This document shows positions 8,855 to 19,181 of a stretch of DNA of 64,000 nt, piece after piece (position 1 is the stretch's first letter; each line of letters opens with the position of its first letter). The DNA lies in assembly GCA_029288775.1 (NCBI GenBank), contig JARIGQ010000001.1:29044-93043 (forward strand), in the 5' to 3' direction. The DNA comes from Candidatus Nomurabacteria bacterium. Lineage in GTDB: Bacteria > Patescibacteriota > Minisyncoccia > Phycocordibacterales > UBA5272. Under the pieces are notes generated by a model. The model was not told the origin of the DNA. It was given only the letters and a program-made list of their open reading frames with translations, and ran no database searches. A program made the position numbers and the translations under genes.

Positions 8855-11116
8855 CTAGCGGAAGATATCATCGGCGCTTGCATCATGATTTTCCGCGGGT
8901 TCTTCGCTTGCAACATTTCCCACAAGTACTTCGCGATAGCGTTCTCCTTGCCGTGCGGGACCGATGACACCGAAGCGCTCAAGATCATTGATGATACGGG
9001 CAGCTTTGTTGTAGCCCCAACGAAAGGCTGTCTGCAGCGAAGAGGTTGAGGCTTTGCCGGTAGAAATGACGTAGTCCTTAGCCGAGAGGTAATCCTCATC
9101 ATCCTGAGGTTCACTGCCACTATCGGCATCTTCTGTGCTTCCACTTGCTGTGCCCACTTTAACCTTTGATATATCGATATGATCCGGAATGAAATCTAAG
9201 TTAGCCTGCTTGATGTAAGAGACAACTGCACGAATTTCTTCTGTGGAAATAAAAGGAGCTTGAAGGCGAACCAGGCGAGGGTTATCTGACGCCATGTAGA
9301 GCATGTCACCGTTTCCGAGCAAGTCTTCAGCACCGGAAGAATCCAAAATAGTGCGAGAGTCAATTTGAGAAGTAGTTTTAAGGGCGATACGCGCAGGGAT
9401 GTTGGCTTTAATGGTACCCGTAATTACTTTCACATCTGGTCGTTGAGTAGCAAGGATAAGGTGAATGCCTGCGGCACGACCTTTTTGGGTAAGCGCAGTG
9501 ATTAAAGGAGAGATTTCTTTCGGATAGGAGAGCATGAAGTCATTGTATTCATCAAAGATAATCACGATATAGGGCATCTTTGGTGGCAACCCTGTGACCT
9601 CGCTTCCTTCCTTGTTTTTCTTGCGAGCTTTCTCCAAAGCAGGGAATAGAACCTTTTTATTGTAATCTGAAACGTTTACTTGCCCGTTTTCTGCGAGCAC
9701 TTCATACCGGCGTTCCATTTCTTGAATAGCCCAATTGAGCGCCTTGATCGCCCCTTTTGGCTCTTTAATGATTGGAGTGTAGAGGTGGGGGAGATTATTG
9801 TAGGCAGTAAATTCTACGCGCTTAGGGTCCAAAATGATGAGCTTAAGATCGTAGGGTGAATTTTTATAGAGAAGTGAAACGAGAAGATTCTGAAGCGTAA
9901 CTGATTTCCCTGTACGCGTTGCACCAGCCACGAGCAAGTGAGGCATCTTTTCAAGGTCTCCAAAGAGAGGCTTGCCGATAATTGATTTACCTATTGCAAG
10001 CTGAAGCGGACCGCTGGTTTGGAATTCAGGAAGTTCAAGCATTGAACGTAGTCCCAGTTGCGCTTTGCGTTCATTTGGAATTTCAATACCCACCAATGTC
10101 TTACCCGGAATAGGTGCTTCAATGCGCAGGAATTCACTACCGAGTTCCATGGCTAAGTTGTCGTGAAGTGCAACAACTTTGGAAAGGTTTACTCCTTGTG
10201 CAGGCTTGAGCGTAAATTGGGTAACAGTTGGGCCAACAGTTACTTCACCCATGTCCACATGAATCTTAAAATGCTCAAGCGTTTTCTGAATCGTAAGCAT
10301 TTTGGATTTGGAATCTCCCGCACCAGATTTGCCAGAATCACCATTCAAAAGTTCAAGCGGTGGCGGAATGAATTCAGGTGTAAGGATGACAGGCTTTGCT
10401 TTGAGCTCTTTAAGCGCAGCATTTGCCTCTTCTTCTGGAGGAGCAAGTTCACCGAAGATCTGACGACGCAGATTATTTGTGCTTACCTCTTCAGGTTCAT
10501 CAATTTCTTTTTCTTCTATAACCTCTTCTTCGACAGGCGTATCTAATAGTTCTGGCTCATCATCAAACGCTCTGTCTTTACGTGATTGGAACAGGTAACG
10601 CACGTGCGTATAGGGGTAAGAAAGAAGAAGCAAAAATGGAGTGAGTGAAGGCTTGCGTTCAAGGACAATAATTCCTCCAATTGCGGTTAAGCCCGCAAGG
10701 AAAGCGACCGTCGGATAAATAGCAAAATTCTTAATGAGAGGCGTAGCTACAATCGCCCCCAGAAGTCCGCCAAAGTTAGGAGAGAAAATGGTACCCAAGC
10801 CTGCTATACCAATAATAAGAAATATGCTTCCAAGTGCGGGTAAAAATCTAAGATTCGGTAGTTCCTCTTTCCAGAGGTAATAAGCTACATATCCGCATAC
10901 AAGTGGAGTAAGGTAAGCAAACACTCCTATGATTGAAGTAATACCAGTGAATAGTATTTCACCACCTTCTCCACCTGCGTGAACCATGGAAAAAATGAGC
11001 AGTACTCCGATCATGACGAAGATTACCGCCAGTACTCCTAAGATGGTTTCGGTAATAACAGGGTCTTTGGTTCTGCGGCGGCGTGTTCGTGCCGGTTCTT
11101 CGTCTCGTAAGGCCAT
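8855..11116 (-). CDS. ftsK: DNA translocase FtsK/SpoIIIE
   Basis: N-terminal TMs, PHLLVAGATRTGKS, DPKRVE, LATQRPDV, C-terminal gamma domain (STSSLQ...GYNKAARII). Confidence 0.97.
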   Translation of the reverse strand: MALRDEEPARTRRRRTKDPVITETILGVLAVIFVMIGVLLIFSMVHAGGEGGEILFTGITSIIGVFAYLTPLVCGYVAYYLWKEELPNLRFLPALGSIFLIIGIAGLGTIFSPNFGGLLGAIVATPLIKNFAIYPTVAFLAGLTAIGGIIVLERKPSLTPFLLLLSYPYTHVRYLFQSRKDRAFDDEPELLDTPVEEEVIEEKEIDEPEEVSTNNLRRQIFGELAPPEEEANAALKELKAKPVILTPEFIPPPLELLNGDSGKSGAGDSKSKMLTIQKTLEHFKIHVDMGEVTVGPTVTQFTLKPAQGVNLSKVVALHDNLAMELGSEFLRIEAPIPGKTLVGIEIPNERKAQLGLRSMLELPEFQTSGPLQLAIGKSIIGKPLFGDLEKMPHLLVAGATRTGKSVTLQNLLVSLLYKNSPYDLKLIILDPKRVEFTAYNNLPHLYTPIIKEPKGAIKALNWAIQEMERRYEVLAENGQVNVSDYNKKVLFPALEKARKKNKEGSEVTGLPPKMPYIVIIFDEYNDFMLSYPKEISPLITALTQKGRAAGIHLILATQRPDVKVITGTIKANIPARIALKTTSQIDSRTILDSSGAEDLLGNGDMLYMASDNPRLVRLQAPFISTEEIRAVVSYIKQANLDFIPDHIDISKVKVGTASGSTEDADSGSEPQDDEDYLSAKDYVISTGKASTSSLQTAFRWGYNKAARIINDLERFGVIGPARQGERYREVLVGNVASEEPAENHDASADDIFR

Positions 11117-11133
11117 AATATGCTGAGGAAATT

Positions 11134-12295
11134 TGTCCTTTCAGTGTACCAAATTAGGATAGGGGATATAAGGGATAACTCATCCATTTTCTCTACGAGG
11201 AACATACGTTTTGCACACGATATAAAGCTAAGAGGAAAGTAGTACAAGGACATAAAAAATGTATTAGACAAGTCTTTACAGTTACAGTAAAAGGCATAGA
11301 ATGGACACGTATAAAGAAAGCGTTTGGAAAGGACAACAATAGGGGAGGTTAAGCTTTATTTTTAAAGAGACATAGAGGACATTTACTTTTAACAAATAAG
11401 ACAAATAAAAGACATATGAACGAGGAAGGTAAGCATGACTACGGCACGCTGGTTGCCAAAAAATCGGAACGATTGGTTACTGCTCTTTATCTTGTGACTG
11501 ATCTCATTAGCGATAACGAACCAATCAAGCATGGATTGAGAAAGAATGCGGTTGCCCTTTTGTCGTCCATGAATGCTTTGTCTCAAATGGAAGTAAAAGA
11601 CAGAATTGCTGAGTTGAAGGTGTCACTCAAGTCGGTCACTGAAATAATTTCCCTCCTCCATGTCTCAGTCACTACTGGTATTGTGTCCAATATGAATGGT
11701 GACCTTTTAATGGAAGGGTTTCGTTCCCTTCAGCTTGTCCTAGAAAAGAAACAACCTATCCTTACCCGGGATATGCTCACCATTGAGCATGAAGATGCTT
11801 TACAAGCAGATACTCAGTTTTCTTCTGCTATTACTTCGACCTCATATGATGTCCTCACTCCACTTTCCCTTGCTCGTCTTCATGGAAGTGATGAGGATTT
11901 ACGTAAGACTCAAGCCGAACTAAAATCTTCTCAGATTCTTGCTAAGTTGGAATCAAAAGGACGAAATGATGCAGTTGAAATGTCTGATAAAAATGATGAG
12001 CGTCAAGGGGTTATTAAAAAAGACATAACTTCCGTTCATGCTGTCCTTATGAAGCATGCGGCACCCACTGCTTCGCCACTACCATCTTCATTCCAAATGA
12101 GAAAGCAATCCCGAAGAGACCAGATACTAGCCCTTTTTGTAAAAGGGGTAGATGTGAGCATAAAGGACATTGCTTCCCGTATTAAGGGATGCAGTGAAAA
12201 AACCATTCAGCGTGAATTAAACGCTCTGCTCTATGACAATGTAATCGAGCGAATTGGAGAAAAACGCTGGAGTAGATATATTCTTCGATAGACAT
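11134..12295. repeat. Dispersed cluster of RGACA/TGTCY (often AAGGACA) motifs
   Basis: About 9 copies counted by eye in the 300-bp intergenic (e.g. 11134, 11246, 11329, 11367, 11376, 11398, 11409) and about 10 more inside the downstream gene. Confidence 0.55.
11416..12291 (+). CDS. Helical-bundle plus C-terminal DeoR-like winged-HTH DNA-binding protein
   Basis: C-terminal VSIKDIASRIKGCSEKTIQRELNAL...GEKRWSRY; N-terminus resembles four-helix-bundle proteins. Confidence 0.75.
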   Translation: MNEEGKHDYGTLVAKKSERLVTALYLVTDLISDNEPIKHGLRKNAVALLSSMNALSQMEVKDRIAELKVSLKSVTEIISLLHVSVTTGIVSNMNGDLLMEGFRSLQLVLEKKQPILTRDMLTIEHEDALQADTQFSSAITSTSYDVLTPLSLARLHGSDEDLRKTQAELKSSQILAKLESKGRNDAVEMSDKNDERQGVIKKDITSVHAVLMKHAAPTASPLPSSFQMRKQSRRDQILALFVKGVDVSIKDIASRIKGCSEKTIQRELNALLYDNVIERIGEKRWSRYILR

Positions 12296-12762
12296 AGAAG
12301 GCGCCTTCCAAAATCTCCCCCACCTTAATCAAAAAGTGGGGGAGATTTTGGTATAAGCAACTTCTCCTCGGATTATTCAGAGAACCCTTGCCAATATTGA
12401 CTTTTCTTGCAAAAAGTGAGAGAATTGCGCTTAAGTACAGGAATTGTACTTCAAGCAGTATTATCCACATATAAATGCAGTATTTTATTGCATTTGCATG
12501 GGGAACCACTATACTGCTTGTAGACGTCTCTGTTTGAGAGCGTCCTCTGGTATTTGAGATACATTTATAAGGTATCTTGAAGACAGGTAAGATCGTTGAC
12601 AACAGAATAGTGACGCAGATTAGAAAATCGAAATCACAGTTCGGTCGTTTACGATCATTCTGTCAAAAAAAGCATTGCGTTTAGTTAAGTCGAAACTAAT
12701 ATAAACGCATTGCGTGAGTCGAGTAATCGACTCTTAAAACAAATCTTATAAACATAACGTTT

Positions 12763-15700
12763 ATGTCTAATTTCTCAATGAAGATTGTTGCAGCTGCAAC
12801 AATCGTCGGAGGTGCGATCGCCGGTGCAGTTTCTGCATCAGCTGCTCTCAACCTTCCAACACAGAACTGTTCTTACATGTTCAATACGAACATGAAGCTC
12901 GGTTCTCGTGGTACAGATGTTATGAATCTTCAAAAGATGCTTAACATGTGGCCTCAGACACAGGTTGCCGCTTCAGGTGCAGGTTCTCCAGGAATGGAAA
13001 CTTCTACCTTCGGTCCAGCAACTCGTGCTGCGGTAAATAAGTTCCAAGCTCTTCACCTTGTTGAGCTCGGAATTACTGCTCCTACAGGAAACGTATTCGC
13101 AGGAACACGTGCATTGCTCAACGCAGCATGTAACGGTACTGTAAGTACTAACCCAGGAACTCCAGGTACACCTGGAAACACTACTGGTCCAGTTTCAGCT
13201 ATGCTCTCGGCTTCACAGCCGTCAGGTATGATTGTTCAGGGTCAGTCAGGTGCTCGTCTTGCTGACATGACTTTCACTGGAAACGGTACAGTTACATCTG
13301 TACAGCTTCAGCGTACTGGTGTGTCAACAGACTCATCACTTACTAACGTATACCTTTACGACGGAAACACTCGCATCACTGATGCAGCTTCTGTAGTAAC
13401 AGGCGGATACATCAACTTCAACAATCCTAACGGTCTCTTTACAGTATCAGGATCACGTACAATCACTGTACGTGCTGACATTGCAAGCAACACGAATGGG
13501 CAGTCAGTTGGTGTAAAGCTTAACAGTGTTACAGCTGGTGGTGCAGTCTCTACATTTTCTAATGTAATGGGCAACACTCTCCAAATTGCTAACGTAACAA
13601 CTGCATCAGTAAACATTGCAGCGATGGATACATCATCTCGTACTGTTGATGCAGGTACAGTTAACTACACACTTTGGTCAGGTTCTGCAACTGTATCTAC
13701 ACGCGATGTAAATATGCGTGCAGCTACATTTAAGTTCGTAGGTTCAGCTCCAGCTGACTTCGCAACTAACCTTAACCTCTTCGTTGATGGTGTTAAGATT
13801 GCAGGTCCTTCAATGGTTAACGCGGCTAACAATAACAAGGTTACTTTTGACCTTGGTTCAATGCCATATCTTCTAAAGACTGGCTCACACACAATTGAAC
13901 TCCGTGGTGACATTGTTAAGGGTTCAAACCGTACAGCTACTTTCTCAGTTGAGAATCCAGCTGACCTTATGTTCGAAGATACTAACCTTATGGGTGTAAA
14001 CGTATCTCCAACTGTAGCAAGCGCAACTCTTACTCAGTCAAACTCAGCTTACGGTACTATTACTGTAAACAAGGGTTCAGTAACTGTTAACGTTGATCCA
14101 TCATTCAACGGTACTAAGGTAACAGGTGGTGCTACTAACGTTCCAGTTGGTCAGTTCACACTTAAGGCGTATGGCGAAGACGTGAAGGTAAATAGCCTTC
14201 AGGTTAACTTCAACAACACGACTGCTACATCAATGAACAACGTATCGCTCTATGTAAATGGAGGTCAGATTGGTACGTCACAGAACTACCGCAACGCGGC
14301 TCTTACGTACAACCTTGGTTCATCACTTATCATCCCTGCTGGCCAGACTGTAACTCTTACAGTTAAGGCTGACGTGGTTGATGCAAACAACTCAGCTTGG
14401 TCATCGGGTACGGTACAGGCTCAGATTGGTGGTGTAGCAAATAACGCTCAGGGTCAGTCATCTAATGAACTTACTTCAGTTGCGTCTTCACCAGTATCTG
14501 GCAATAGTCTCACCGTTTCATCTGGTGCAGGAACATTTGCTCGTACTGCAGGTTTCTCAACTGTAACAGTTTCACCTAATACTTCAGGTGTTAAGATTGG
14601 ATCATTCACGATTCAGGCTAACTCATCAGAAGCTATTAATGTGACTTCTATTGGTGTTAATCCAACTGTAGCAACATACGGTATCACGAATATTTCAAAC
14701 CTTCGTGTTATGTCAAATGGTGCAACTGTAGGAACTCCAATTGGAAACCCTTCAACAGGAACTTCAACGTTCTCGTTCCCTCAGATCACTATCCCTGCTA
14801 ACGGTACACAGACATTTGATGTGTTCGCTGACATTGGTCCAGCAACATCAGGTTCTGTAACTACAGGCATGGATATTACATACCGTGGTGCGATCTCTAA
14901 TACAACGACAACTTCAACAGCTGCCGGTGTAGCGATCACATCTGCAAACTCATCACTTACAGCTTCAACGCTTGCGGCTTCATCACCGGTTGCGCAGTTC
15001 GTAGTGGGAGGTTCAACATTCGGTATTGCAACTTACACGCTTAAGACTTCTGCAGCAGGTACGTTAGCTAACGTTCGCGAACTTCGCTTCAACGTTAACA
15101 ATGGTTCGGGTTCAACCCTTACTAACGCTATCCAGTCTGTAACAGTTGGCGGTGTAACAGCTCCAGTAGTTAACGGTACGTCTACTGTTACTGGCCTCAA
15201 TATCCCAGTTAACTCAACTGGTACAGATGTTCCAGTAACTGTTACGTTCTCTAACTACCAGAACGCTTCTGTTAATCCTGGTTCACTTTCTACAACTGTA
15301 GGTAACGTAGCACTTATCCTTACATACGTAGAAGCAACATCAGGAACAGGAAACGTGATCTTCAACACTGTTACTGCAACTTCAAGTACAATGATCGGTG
15401 TAGCTTCTAAGCCTACGGTAACTACCGGTGCAGGCAACGTAGATACACTCGTACTTGGTTCTGAAAACAAGGTTGGTGAATTCACAGTAACCGCAGATGC
15501 TAACGGTAAGATTGCTGTAGGTACAACTTCAGTTGACCTCTCAGCTATCGGTGTTACGAACCCTCAGTTCTCTGCAGGACGTATCGCTGATGGAAACACT
15601 ACGATTGCTAACACAAGCGTAACTGGTTCCTCAACAATGACCGTTACCTTCACAACTCCTTACCAGATCAGTGCAGGTCAGTCAAAGACCTTCTCACTTT

Positions 15701-15873
15701 ACGCAACTGTAAACGGTGCTGCTCAGTCAGGAATCACTCCTTACGTAGCTTCACGCTTCACGACAGGATCGTCTACAGCGTTCATGTGGTATGACGTTGC
15801 AGGTGGAAACACTAGCGAAACTGGTGCTTCAATCTACGGCTTCCCAACATCAAGCTTTACAACAAAGCGCTAA
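12763..15873 (+). CDS. Large secreted surface/S-layer-like protein with N-terminal peptidoglycan-binding domain
   Basis: Signal peptide; LGSRGTDVMNLQKML...FGPATRAAVNKFQ (PG_binding_1-like); T/S/G/N/V-rich beta repeats; strong codon bias (GGT, TCA, ACT/ACA, AAC, TTC). Confidence 0.8.
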   Translation: MSNFSMKIVAAATIVGGAIAGAVSASAALNLPTQNCSYMFNTNMKLGSRGTDVMNLQKMLNMWPQTQVAASGAGSPGMETSTFGPATRAAVNKFQALHLVELGITAPTGNVFAGTRALLNAACNGTVSTNPGTPGTPGNTTGPVSAMLSASQPSGMIVQGQSGARLADMTFTGNGTVTSVQLQRTGVSTDSSLTNVYLYDGNTRITDAASVVTGGYINFNNPNGLFTVSGSRTITVRADIASNTNGQSVGVKLNSVTAGGAVSTFSNVMGNTLQIANVTTASVNIAAMDTSSRTVDAGTVNYTLWSGSATVSTRDVNMRAATFKFVGSAPADFATNLNLFVDGVKIAGPSMVNAANNNKVTFDLGSMPYLLKTGSHTIELRGDIVKGSNRTATFSVENPADLMFEDTNLMGVNVSPTVASATLTQSNSAYGTITVNKGSVTVNVDPSFNGTKVTGGATNVPVGQFTLKAYGEDVKVNSLQVNFNNTTATSMNNVSLYVNGGQIGTSQNYRNAALTYNLGSSLIIPAGQTVTLTVKADVVDANNSAWSSGTVQAQIGGVANNAQGQSSNELTSVASSPVSGNSLTVSSGAGTFARTAGFSTVTVSPNTSGVKIGSFTIQANSSEAINVTSIGVNPTVATYGITNISNLRVMSNGATVGTPIGNPSTGTSTFSFPQITIPANGTQTFDVFADIGPATSGSVTTGMDITYRGAISNTTTTSTAAGVAITSANSSLTASTLAASSPVAQFVVGGSTFGIATYTLKTSAAGTLANVRELRFNVNNGSGSTLTNAIQSVTVGGVTAPVVNGTSTVTGLNIPVNSTGTDVPVTVTFSNYQNASVNPGSLSTTVGNVALILTYVEATSGTGNVIFNTVTATSSTMIGVASKPTVTTGAGNVDTLVLGSENKVGEFTVTADANGKIAVGTTSVDLSAIGVTNPQFSAGRIADGNTTIANTSVTGSSTMTVTFTTPYQISAGQSKTFSLYATVNGAAQSGITPYVASRFTTGSSTAFMWYDVAGGNTSETGASIYGFPTSSFTTKR

Positions 15874-15924
15874 TCTGCAAACTATTCTGCAAAGAATATC
15901 TAGCTTAGGTTAGGTGTTTGGAAC

Positions 15925-15951
15925 GCAAAAGCCCCCGCAAGGGGCTTTTGC
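15925..15951 (+). terminator. Intrinsic terminator
   Basis: gcaaaagcccc-cgcaa-ggggcttttgc. Confidence 0.8.
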
Positions 15952-16006
15952 TATTTATGGCCCACGCTAGCCTAAAAGTATGTAGTGTGGTAGTATTGCT
16001 CTCATA

Positions 16007-16062
16007 AGCCAAAGAAGTAGGCGTCCTCAAGGAAACAAGAGGACATAAGTCCTGCGGAGGTA
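16007..16062 (+). promoter_or_regulatory. Probable L10 leader (autogenous rplJL regulation)
   Basis: aaagaagtagg-[gtcctc/gaggac hairpin]-taagtcctgcggagg resembles the L10-leader consensus and lies upstream of rplJ. Confidence 0.6.
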
Positions 16063-16161
16063 CTGCTGACACGCACGTGAAAGCGCTACTCTATTCATAG
16101 GTTTATCTTCCCGAATGCCTCAAGCAGGAAGGATGTTCATTACACACTAATCAATAAGTTC

Positions 16162-16650
16162 ATGGCCCTTAAAAAAGCTAAGAAAGCAGAACTTATCGAA
16201 AGCTATACAGATGCGCTCAAGAACTCCAAGACAGCTGTCTATGTGAAGTTCAAGGGACTCCCAGTAGGAGAAACTATGCAGCTTCGTGATTCTCTCTTCG
16301 GAGAAAATCTTCATTACACCGTGGTGAAGAAGACCCTCTGGACTCGTGCAACACAGGCCGTAGGCATCCGTGGCGAAGCACCGCTTGTAGGCGAAGAAAT
16401 GGCAGTGGTATGGGGAGCAGATCTCCTTGCACCTGCGCGTATCGCGTATGAATTCCAGAAATCTCACAAGGATCAGTTTGGAATTCTTGGTGGCATCTTC
16501 GATGGAGAGTACAAGGACGCAAAGGAAATGTTGGCAATCGCTACCATTCCTCCGCGCGAAGTACTTCTCTCCCAGCTTGCTTACCTTCTCAAGTCACCTA
16601 TGCAGCGTCTCGCGGTAGGTCTTGGACAGGTTGCAGCCAAGAAGGCGTAA
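16162..16650 (+). CDS. rplJ: 50S ribosomal protein L10
   Basis: VVKKTL, LATIPPREVLLSQL-like motifs; upstream of rplL. Confidence 0.95.
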   Translation: MALKKAKKAELIESYTDALKNSKTAVYVKFKGLPVGETMQLRDSLFGENLHYTVVKKTLWTRATQAVGIRGEAPLVGEEMAVVWGADLLAPARIAYEFQKSHKDQFGILGGIFDGEYKDAKEMLAIATIPPREVLLSQLAYLLKSPMQRLAVGLGQVAAKKA

Positions 16651-16686
16651 TCTCATTAGCTATTCGATATTTAAATTACAATTACT

Positions 16687-17055
16687 ATGGAAAAATTCGC
16701 AGATATTCTCGATAAGGTAGAGAACATGTCAGTGATCGAGCTTAACGAGCTCGTTCGCGCAATTGAAGAAAAGTTCGGTGTGTCAGCAGCAGCTGTTGCT
16801 GCCGCTCCAGCAGCTGGAGCTCAAGCAGGTGGAGATGAAGGAAAGGATTCATTCACAGTACACCTTGCTTCAGCAGGTGAAGGAAAGATTGCCGTTATGA
16901 AGGTGGTTAAGGAAGTCCTCGGACTTGGTCTTAAGGAAGCGAAGGACCTCGTTGACGGTGCTCCTGTTGACCTTAAGAAGGACGTTAAGAAGGCAGAAGC
17001 TGAAGAGCTTAAGAAGAAGCTTGAAGAAGCCGGAGCGACAGTGGAACTTAAGTAA
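16687..17055 (+). CDS. rplL: 50S ribosomal protein L7/L12
   Basis: [36 protein letters not shown]. Confidence 0.98.
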   Translation: MEKFADILDKVENMSVIELNELVRAIEEKFGVSAAAVAAAPAAGAQAGGDEGKDSFTVHLASAGEGKIAVMKVVKEVLGLGLKEAKDLVDGAPVDLKKDVKKAEAEELKKKLEEAGATVELK

Positions 17056-17066
17056 GATTGTTCCAA

Positions 17067-17100
17067 TAACAAAAAGCACCCGTTTGGGTGCTTTTTGTTA
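17067..17100 (+). terminator. Intrinsic (bidirectional) terminator
   Basis: taacaaaaagcaccc-gttt-gggtgctttttgtta. Confidence 0.8.
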
Positions 17101-17132
17101 TACTCCTTTTAGAACTGCACAAGGAGATTGAC

Positions 17133-17345
17133 ATGCCCACAATTGATGATTTGCTGAGCGTGGCCAAAAGTTCGTACCAGAACCATGGCGCGTGTTTTGG
17201 GGTCACTGACCCCAGCCTCCTCCGTTCGCAAACTGTGGTACCTCTGATGTCTCAGGAAACGGAAGGCCGGACTTGCCGCATCGTGATGGTGGAGGACGGC
17301 AACGGGAATTTCGTTCCCGATGATGTCATCCCCACAGGGAAATGA
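17133..17345 (+). CDS. Small orphan protein (70 aa)
   Basis: AAGGAG SD at 17121-17126 before MPTIDD; hairpin gaagcccttgcgggcttc after the stop. Confidence 0.5.
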   Translation: MPTIDDLLSVAKSSYQNHGACFGVTDPSLLRSQTVVPLMSQETEGRTCRIVMVEDGNGNFVPDDVIPTGK

Positions 17346-17445
17346 CTTTGCCCGCAAGAAGCCCTTGCGGGCTTCGGTTTTGACACATTTCTCTAACTTT
17401 TCAAGACTGGCGGGAAGGAGAGCATTTGAGTACACTACGGAAACT

Positions 17446-18078
17446 ATGGAGCTACTGTCACGACTGCTCGGCGGACAAGAACGAGTGAAAATTATGCGCT
17501 ACTTTCTCTTTCATGATAAAGCAGTAGTAAGTGCGAGCACGGTAGCAGAAAAGACTAAGTCAAAAGCTACGACGGTGCGCAAGGAATTGAATGCACTCAC
17601 GGGTATTGGTTTTTTGGAGAAGCGTCGCGGAAAAGAATTTGTGACCGGAAAAGGGAAGAGTGTGACTAAAGTTAAGGAGATTACCGGATATACCTTAAAC
17701 GGAGAGTTCCCACATAATCAGGCGCTCAAGGATCTCTTGTTTGATTTTGAATTGCTCGATAAGCGCGAGCTTGCTGCGCGTTTTAAGCCGGTAGGGCGTA
17801 TTAAACTCTTCATTGTATCTGGCGTGTTCTTGGGAGAAGAGGATTCGCGAGTAGATATACTCCTGGTAGGAGAAGCTATCAAGCGTCCTAAGGCTGATAA
17901 GGTGTTGGAAGTATTATCTGCTGAGCTTGGTCGTGAGGTGGTGTATTCGATTATGGATGTAGAGGAATATGCATATCGTTACAAAATGTATGATAAGTTT
18001 GTTCGGGACATTTTAGATATGCCACACGAGAAAGTGATCGATAAGCTTAGTGAGAAGACGGCTCCTGCTCAAGCGTAA
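17446..18078 (+). CDS. wHTH plus nucleotidyltransferase-like transcriptional regulator
   Basis: Start MELLSRLLGG; TVRKELNAL HTH; SGVF...SRVDILLVG MNT-like motif. Confidence 0.7.
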   Translation: MELLSRLLGGQERVKIMRYFLFHDKAVVSASTVAEKTKSKATTVRKELNALTGIGFLEKRRGKEFVTGKGKSVTKVKEITGYTLNGEFPHNQALKDLLFDFELLDKRELAARFKPVGRIKLFIVSGVFLGEEDSRVDILLVGEAIKRPKADKVLEVLSAELGREVVYSIMDVEEYAYRYKMYDKFVRDILDMPHEKVIDKLSEKTAPAQA

Positions 18079-18967
18079 GTAGATACGTTTTGTAAGTAGT
18101 GATATACGCTTGGAAACGCTTCTCATCTTCCATTCCTGTAGTTGCGGGGGTATCGATTGCAGAAAAGGTAGTATTGGTAAGCCCTAAAGATTTTGCCTTT
18201 TGATTCATGTATCCAAGGAATGTAGCATCACCGCGAGAGAGGGCAAGTGTTTTGATAACTGCTGTATCTTTTTGATTGATAAGACGAGGGAGCAGCTTGC
18301 GTCTGGTTGTATAGGTTCCTGAAGAAGGGTCATAGATTTGATCATCTTGGGTGAGTACTTCAAGGGATACAACGGCAGCCATATACCGTGTCATGTCCAT
18401 CGAAGAAATTGATGCAGTCGTTGTAGCGGTCGGGAAAAAATCGTATTCTGTACCGCTTGTCACAATAATAGGGGTACCTTGAGTAATGAATGTATACACT
18501 TTTTCTGCATCTTCGTCGGACAATCGAATACATCCCCCGCTATAGGTGCTTGATACTTTGGTGCCGTTTTCATAATATGGAATGCCATGAATGAAAAAGT
18601 TACCAAAGACGTGCACGCTCCATGGCATGTAGACGTGACCGATTGAGCTGAAATGATTTCTTATTTTGTAGTCGTTTTCATACGCTCCGCCAAGGGTTTC
18701 ATAATAGCTGTCTGGTTTGCCGATAGAGATAATGGGTATATTTTCCAAGGTGCTTGTTCCGTCCTTAAGGGACACCGTGCGCGTTTGGAGATTGACGATG
18801 ACATACTTACCTTCGTACAAAGGGGTGGATGTAGCGTAAGAAGTATTTGAAGTAGAAGGTAAGGCGGAAGGCATTAAAGCAGGGTGTATTTTCCAGCCCA
18901 CAAAAAGGCCAACTGCAGTTGCAAGGAGTCCAAGGGAAATAAAGCCGGAAGTTCGGGAGATATGCAT
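18047..18967 (-). CDS. L,D-transpeptidase (YkuD) with degenerate S11 DD-peptidase-like C-terminal part
   Basis: TM anchor, VYMPWSV..FFIHG..SGGCIRL; C-terminal YMNQKAKSLGLTNTTF. Confidence 0.8.
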   Translation of the reverse strand: MHISRTSGFISLGLLATAVGLFVGWKIHPALMPSALPSTSNTSYATSTPLYEGKYVIVNLQTRTVSLKDGTSTLENIPIISIGKPDSYYETLGGAYENDYKIRNHFSSIGHVYMPWSVHVFGNFFIHGIPYYENGTKVSSTYSGGCIRLSDEDAEKVYTFITQGTPIIVTSGTEYDFFPTATTTASISSMDMTRYMAAVVSLEVLTQDDQIYDPSSGTYTTRRKLLPRLINQKDTAVIKTLALSRGDATFLGYMNQKAKSLGLTNTTFSAIDTPATTGMEDEKRFQAYITTYKTYLLTLEQEPSSH

Positions 18968-19181
18968 GAATCGTAAAAACTATAAAACTATATCATATGA
19001 GTGGATAATTTGGATAAAAGACGCCCCGAAGGGCTTATACTATACGTACCTTTATATGTCGAATATAAAGGTACCCCGGAGAAAGTGTTTGGCATACACA
19101 AATCTTTATATGGGAACTGGTGCACGGTTCCGATACCTATACTTTTAGGGGTACACACTTTATAAATTAGTAGTACATAGT

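Noticed and set aside
18968-19181. oriC (two one-mismatch DnaA-like boxes at 19000-19017, AT-rich repeats)
   Set aside because: Too few boxes, no dnaA or dnaN nearby, and skew cannot be assessed from this window
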